From: Schaalia meyeri | GTDB taxonomy: Bacteria; Actinomycetota; Actinomycetes; Actinomycetales; Actinomycetaceae | Reading direction: 5' to 3' | NCBI RefSeq assembly: GCF_900105015.1 | Contig: NZ_FNLK01000005.1 | Span: 60,001 to 92,000, forward strand | Length of the DNA: 32,000 nt | The notes under the pieces: model-generated | The model's input: the letters and a program-made list of their open reading frames with translations, nothing else | Databases searched by the model: none | Told to the model about the DNA's origin: nothing | Shown here: positions 28,652 to 32,000 of the stretch, piece by piece | Position numbering within the stretch: the first letter of the stretch is position 1 | How the letters are laid out: each line of letters starts with the position of its first letter | Position numbers and translations under genes: made by a program

Positions 28652-29818
28652 TTAAGGCCTCGAACCGAAGAGGATCTCGTCCCAGCTGGGCACCGACCGG
28701 CGTCCCTTTTTTGACGAGGCCCGGGCGATGCGCGCGCCCGATGCGCCCTGAGCGGGCACGGAGCCGGTAGCCGCCTGTTCGGTGTTTGCCCCGGTCACGG
28801 AGGCGTCGCCGGATGATACTGCTGTCATGGGGAGGGGCGGCGTCGGGTGTTCCTCCGCGTCGGCGTCGGCCTCGCGCTCGTCGCCAGAAGGGGACACCGC
28901 GGGGATATCGCCCGTCAGGGGCGGATGGGGTGGAGGCTCGAGAGTCTCGGGAAACGCGGGCGCATCCTGTTGGTCGGCAGCCGGTTCGGCCTTGGTGCGC
29001 GCGGACGCCAGCGAGTATATGCGCGCCGAAATCGGTCCGGTTGACGGCTCTGGTTCGGGTGCCCCATCTTCCTGCACAGCGATGGCCGCCAGGTATTCGG
29101 CTTCCTCGTCTTCCTCGTCACTCAGGTCAAACTCGATCTGCTGGCGCTTGCCGCGGGCTGCATTGAGCTGATCCACCAGAGCCTCGCGGGCGCGCAGGTC
29201 CTCGCCGTCGGGATCCGGCGCGGGGGCGGCGCGCGGCAGGGGGGTGAGGATCGAAGCCGTGGGGGTGTTCGACACCTGCTCGGTCAGCCACTGCGCCTCC
29301 TGGTCGATGGCCTCAAGGATCCCCGAACCGGACAGGTGCCAGTGCGCCGCGTGCTCCGCCGCTCCCTGCACGAAGGTCACGATGATCTGCCACGGCTCTG
29401 AAACTTCGCGAGTGGCTGACCATTCGAGAGAAGAGGGGGCCACGCCGCGCGCAGCCAGACGGTCGAGGACCAGATCGCCCATGGTCGGGCCGTCCTCGCC
29501 GATGCGCACGGCGCGCGCACGGGTGAGCGCGTACTCCTTCTCCGCCTGTACGGGAGCCTCGAAGCGCTCAACCGCACTGACGTCCATCCCGTGTTGCGAT
29601 GCGATCTCCTCCGGGGTTGCCCCCGCACGCAGCAGGGCCTGAATATCGCGAGGAGCGAGCGTCGGGCGCGATGGGGCGACCTCGACTCGCGGACGATCAC
29701 GGCGTGTTGCGCCGCGGAGCTCGTCCGAGATCAACACCGAATAGCGTTCTCCCTGGGCATCGGTCAGCACCAGGGATTCGCCGTCGGCGCCGGTCCCGAG
29801 CAATTCGAGCTCAATCAT
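28652..29818 (-). CDS. sepH: Cell-division protein SepH (DUF3071)
   Basis: Listed ORF 28652..29869. I place the start at ATG 29818 (MIELELLG...), preceded by AAGGAGGA. The N-terminal DUF3071 region has an HTH-like segment DIQALLRAGATPEEIASQHGMDVSAVERF. A disordered acidic/Pro-rich centre follows. The conserved C-terminus is KKGRRSVPSWDEILFG. Confidence 0.8.
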   Translation of the reverse strand: MIELELLGTGADGESLVLTDAQGERYSVLISDELRGATRRDRPRVEVAPSRPTLAPRDIQALLRAGATPEEIASQHGMDVSAVERFEAPVQAEKEYALTRARAVRIGEDGPTMGDLVLDRLAARGVAPSSLEWSATREVSEPWQIIVTFVQGAAEHAAHWHLSGSGILEAIDQEAQWLTEQVSNTPTASILTPLPRAAPAPDPDGEDLRAREALVDQLNAARGKRQQIEFDLSDEEDEEAEYLAAIAVQEDGAPEPEPSTGPISARIYSLASARTKAEPAADQQDAPAFPETLEPPPHPPLTGDIPAVSPSGDEREADADAEEHPTPPLPMTAVSSGDASVTGANTEQAATGSVPAQGASGARIARASSKKGRRSVPSWDEILFGSRP

Positions 29819-29984
29819 CGATTCCTCCTTATTACCTCGTGGTCGAATCGTCTCAAATAATGCTGACAATGTCGCGCATCCGTTCGCGTGTCACGCATAC
29901 GATGGCACATTACTCGAACAAGTGTTATCCTCCCTGCGCATAGGTCCTTCGCGCAAACCGGCTCGAGGGTGAAAGGGGAGAACC

Positions 29985-30287
29985 ATGGCAACCGATTACG
30001 ATGCGCCGCGCAAGAACGAGGACGAGGTCGCAGAGGACTCGATCGAGGAACTGAAATCCCGTCGCAACGACGCCGGTTCCGCTGAGATCGAGGAAGATGA
30101 AAACGAAGCGGCCGAGAATTTTGAGCTTCCCGGTGCTGACCTTTCAAAGGAAGAACTCACCGTTCATGTCGTTCCCCGTCAGGACGACGAGTTTACCTGC
30201 TCGCAGTGCTTCCTCGTCCACCACGCTTCACAGCTCGACCACGTGGACGCCAATGGCGCCCCCGTGTGCACCGAGTGTGCGCTGTAA
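29985..30287 (+). CDS. DUF4193 family protein (acidic N-terminus, C-terminal C-x2-C ... C-x2-C zinc-ribbon-like motif)
   Basis: Listed ORF, 100 aa. It starts MATDYDAPRK..., contains FTCSQCFLVHHASQL...APVCTECAL, and has AGGGGAG upstream. Confidence 0.8.
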   Translation: MATDYDAPRKNEDEVAEDSIEELKSRRNDAGSAEIEEDENEAAENFELPGADLSKEELTVHVVPRQDDEFTCSQCFLVHHASQLDHVDANGAPVCTECAL

Positions 30288-30296
30288 GGCAGGACG

Positions 30297-30935
30297 ATGT
30301 TCGGACGCAAGAACAAGAAGAAGACAACGGAACGCGAGAACGAGCAGATCGAGGAACTGCCTCGCCTGAATGACGAGGATGCCGAGATTTGGAGCGAACC
30401 CGGCCCCCGCAACTATGGGGACGTGGACACCTCCGAGGGCTACGTTGACATGGGAGCCATCCTGTTCCCTGCCGTACAGGGGATGCAGCTGCGCACCCAG
30501 GTGGCCGACGATGGGACCACCGTCCTCCAGATCCTCGTCGTTCTGGGTAACTCCGGCATCCAGATGAGCGTCGCCGCCGCGCCGCGCTCGGGTGGCGTCT
30601 GGGACGAGCTACGCGAAGAGATCCGCAAGGGCTTCGAGGAACAGAACGCAAAGGTCGCGGACATTCGCACGCGATACGGCGACGAACTGCTGGTCGACAT
30701 GCCCATGCAGATGCCCGACGGGCGTTCCGCGACCTCGCGGATGCGTATCCTCGGACGCGAAGGCGACCGGTGGTTCGCGCGCATTGACATCCTTGGTCCC
30801 GCTGCCGCCAACGCGGAGGCCGGCGTCGACATCGAGAAGGTTATCGACCGGATCGTCGTGCATCGCGATGACCATCCGCGCACGCGCCTTGAGCTGCTGC
30901 CCGTTCACCTGCCCGCAGGCGCACAGGAAGTCTGA
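30297..30935 (+). CDS. DUF3710 family protein
   Basis: Listed ORF, 212 aa. GPRNYGDVDTSEGYVDMGAILFPAVQGMQLR...GVWDELREEI...GREGDRWFARIDILGPAA is typical of the family. Confidence 0.75.
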   Translation: MFGRKNKKKTTERENEQIEELPRLNDEDAEIWSEPGPRNYGDVDTSEGYVDMGAILFPAVQGMQLRTQVADDGTTVLQILVVLGNSGIQMSVAAAPRSGGVWDELREEIRKGFEEQNAKVADIRTRYGDELLVDMPMQMPDGRSATSRMRILGREGDRWFARIDILGPAAANAEAGVDIEKVIDRIVVHRDDHPRTRLELLPVHLPAGAQEV

Positions 30936-30936
30936 C

Positions 30937-31317
30937 ATGGCATCGTTATTTTCCCGGGTCAGCGCTGCGCTCGGCCTCGATAAAGATACGCGTTCCCTGG
31001 ACGCCGCACTGGACGAAGACTCGGCCCGCGCCGCCCGAGGCGTCACACCCATCCGGGACGTGACCGACAGGAGCCATGCGCTTGTATTCGGCACCCTCCT
31101 GGGCATGACCTATCCTCCGGAGGAAGGCAGCCAGCGCGTCCTCGTCGCAACGCTGTACGACGGCACCGACACCCTCGAGCTGCGCTGGCCCGGACGTTCC
31201 TCTATCCCGGGGCTGAGCGTCGGCCAACGCCTGGAGGTGGAGGGAACGGTCGGGCGGGTCGGCGAACGCCTGATCATCATCAATCCCCTGTACCGAGTGA
31301 TCGGTGGGGAGGGTTGA
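30937..31317 (+). CDS. OB-fold nucleic-acid-binding domain protein (126 aa)
   Basis: In frame with listed ORF 30592..31317, whose upstream part overlaps the DUF3710 gene. ATG 30937 lies 1 nt after the DUF3710 stop. ...HALVFGTLLGMTYPPEEGSQRVLVATLYDGTDTLELRWPGRSSIPGLSVGQRLEVEGTVG... is OB-fold-like. Confidence 0.7.
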   Translation: MASLFSRVSAALGLDKDTRSLDAALDEDSARAARGVTPIRDVTDRSHALVFGTLLGMTYPPEEGSQRVLVATLYDGTDTLELRWPGRSSIPGLSVGQRLEVEGTVGRVGERLIIINPLYRVIGGEG

Positions 31318-31988
31318 TGCCCACCCCACGCTGGATGAGCCAGTCAACCGCGCAGGAATTCTCCTGGGCAGACGCGTTGGGCGGCACGCGTGGCGTTATT
31401 GAGACGACGGCGCCAGGACTCCTGTTCGTCATCGTCTACGTGGCCACCCATGCCATCCTCCCCACGCTGATCGCCGCATCCTCCGTCGCGCTGATCGCGT
31501 GCCTCACTCGGCTGGTCCAACGCCAGGGCGTCGGACAAGCGCTCTCCGGATTCTTCGGTGTCGCCATCGGCGTCCTCTTTGCGGCGGCGACCGGGCGTGG
31601 AGAAAACTACTTCGTGTGGGGCATCCTTACGAACGCCGTCATGTCCCTGGCTTTCGCCGTGTCGGTCCTCATCCGGCGCGGCATCGTTGGCTGCCTCTAC
31701 GCAACTCTGGCGGGTCTGCCGACGGGATGGCGCGGCGACCTCGCCCACGTCGAATTGCGGCGACGCTGCAACCTGCTCACCTGGATGTGGACGGGCCTCT
31801 TCGCGCTGCGCGTCGCGGTCCAGGCCCCGCTGTGGGCGGCCGGAGAAGTCGCCGCGCTCGGTATCGCGAAGCTTGCCCTTGGGCTCCCTCTCTTTGCGCT
31901 TGGCGCCTGGGCCACCTGGTGGGGCCTGCGCGGCTACGCTCCGGCTGCCTCCTCCTCGGAGTCCGGCTCGGCAGGCGCAACCGACTGA
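31317..31988 (+). CDS. DUF3159 family integral membrane protein
   Basis: Listed ORF 31314..31988, where 31314 is TTG. ATG 31317 overlaps the upstream stop (TGATG). Several TM segments are present (GLLFVIVYVATHAILPTLIAASSVALIA, FFGVAIGVLFAAA and others). Confidence 0.75.
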   Translation: MPTPRWMSQSTAQEFSWADALGGTRGVIETTAPGLLFVIVYVATHAILPTLIAASSVALIACLTRLVQRQGVGQALSGFFGVAIGVLFAAATGRGENYFVWGILTNAVMSLAFAVSVLIRRGIVGCLYATLAGLPTGWRGDLAHVELRRRCNLLTWMWTGLFALRVAVQAPLWAAGEVAALGIAKLALGLPLFALGAWATWWGLRGYAPAASSSESGSAGATD

Positions 31989-32000
31989 CGCAGTCGATTC

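Overview
High-GC (about two-thirds G+C by eye, not computed) actinobacterial chromosomal segment. Gene content and synteny suggest Actinomycetales or Actinomycetaceae-like, but the taxon cannot be fixed from sequence alone. Most of the window is conserved housekeeping DNA. In order: a cytoplasmic sulfatase (partial) and a translationally coupled UPF0718 permease plus TIGR03943 pair. Next come a T-box-controlled ileS, then folC, a dhaK-dhaL-dhaM cassette followed without a gap by ndk and smc, and a decayed IS110-family element wedged between the convergent stops of smc and a small zinc-ribbon gene. After that come topoisomerase IV-like subunit B, an insert (two tandem double-GNAT paralogs, then a sugar-porter and PfkB kinase operon), and topoisomerase IV-like subunit A. 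The window ends with DUF5998, an alkaline-phosphatase-family protein, sepH and the DUF4193/DUF3710/OB-fold/DUF3159 cluster. I found no CRISPR array, tRNA, rRNA, prophage or recognisable defence or toxin system. Three candidates for something new stand out. (1) The long non-coding left end of the IS110 element is a possible bridge-RNA locus, although the recombinase carries at least five inactivating lesions. (2) The paired MshD-like double-GNAT genes, one with degenerate CoA motifs, sit in the insert between the topoisomerase subunits. (3) The Cys-rich permease/TIGR03943 pair has unknown function. All three are hypotheses that need searches I cannot run. Many long ORFs in the supplied track are off-frame or antisense artefacts of high GC and are rejected.
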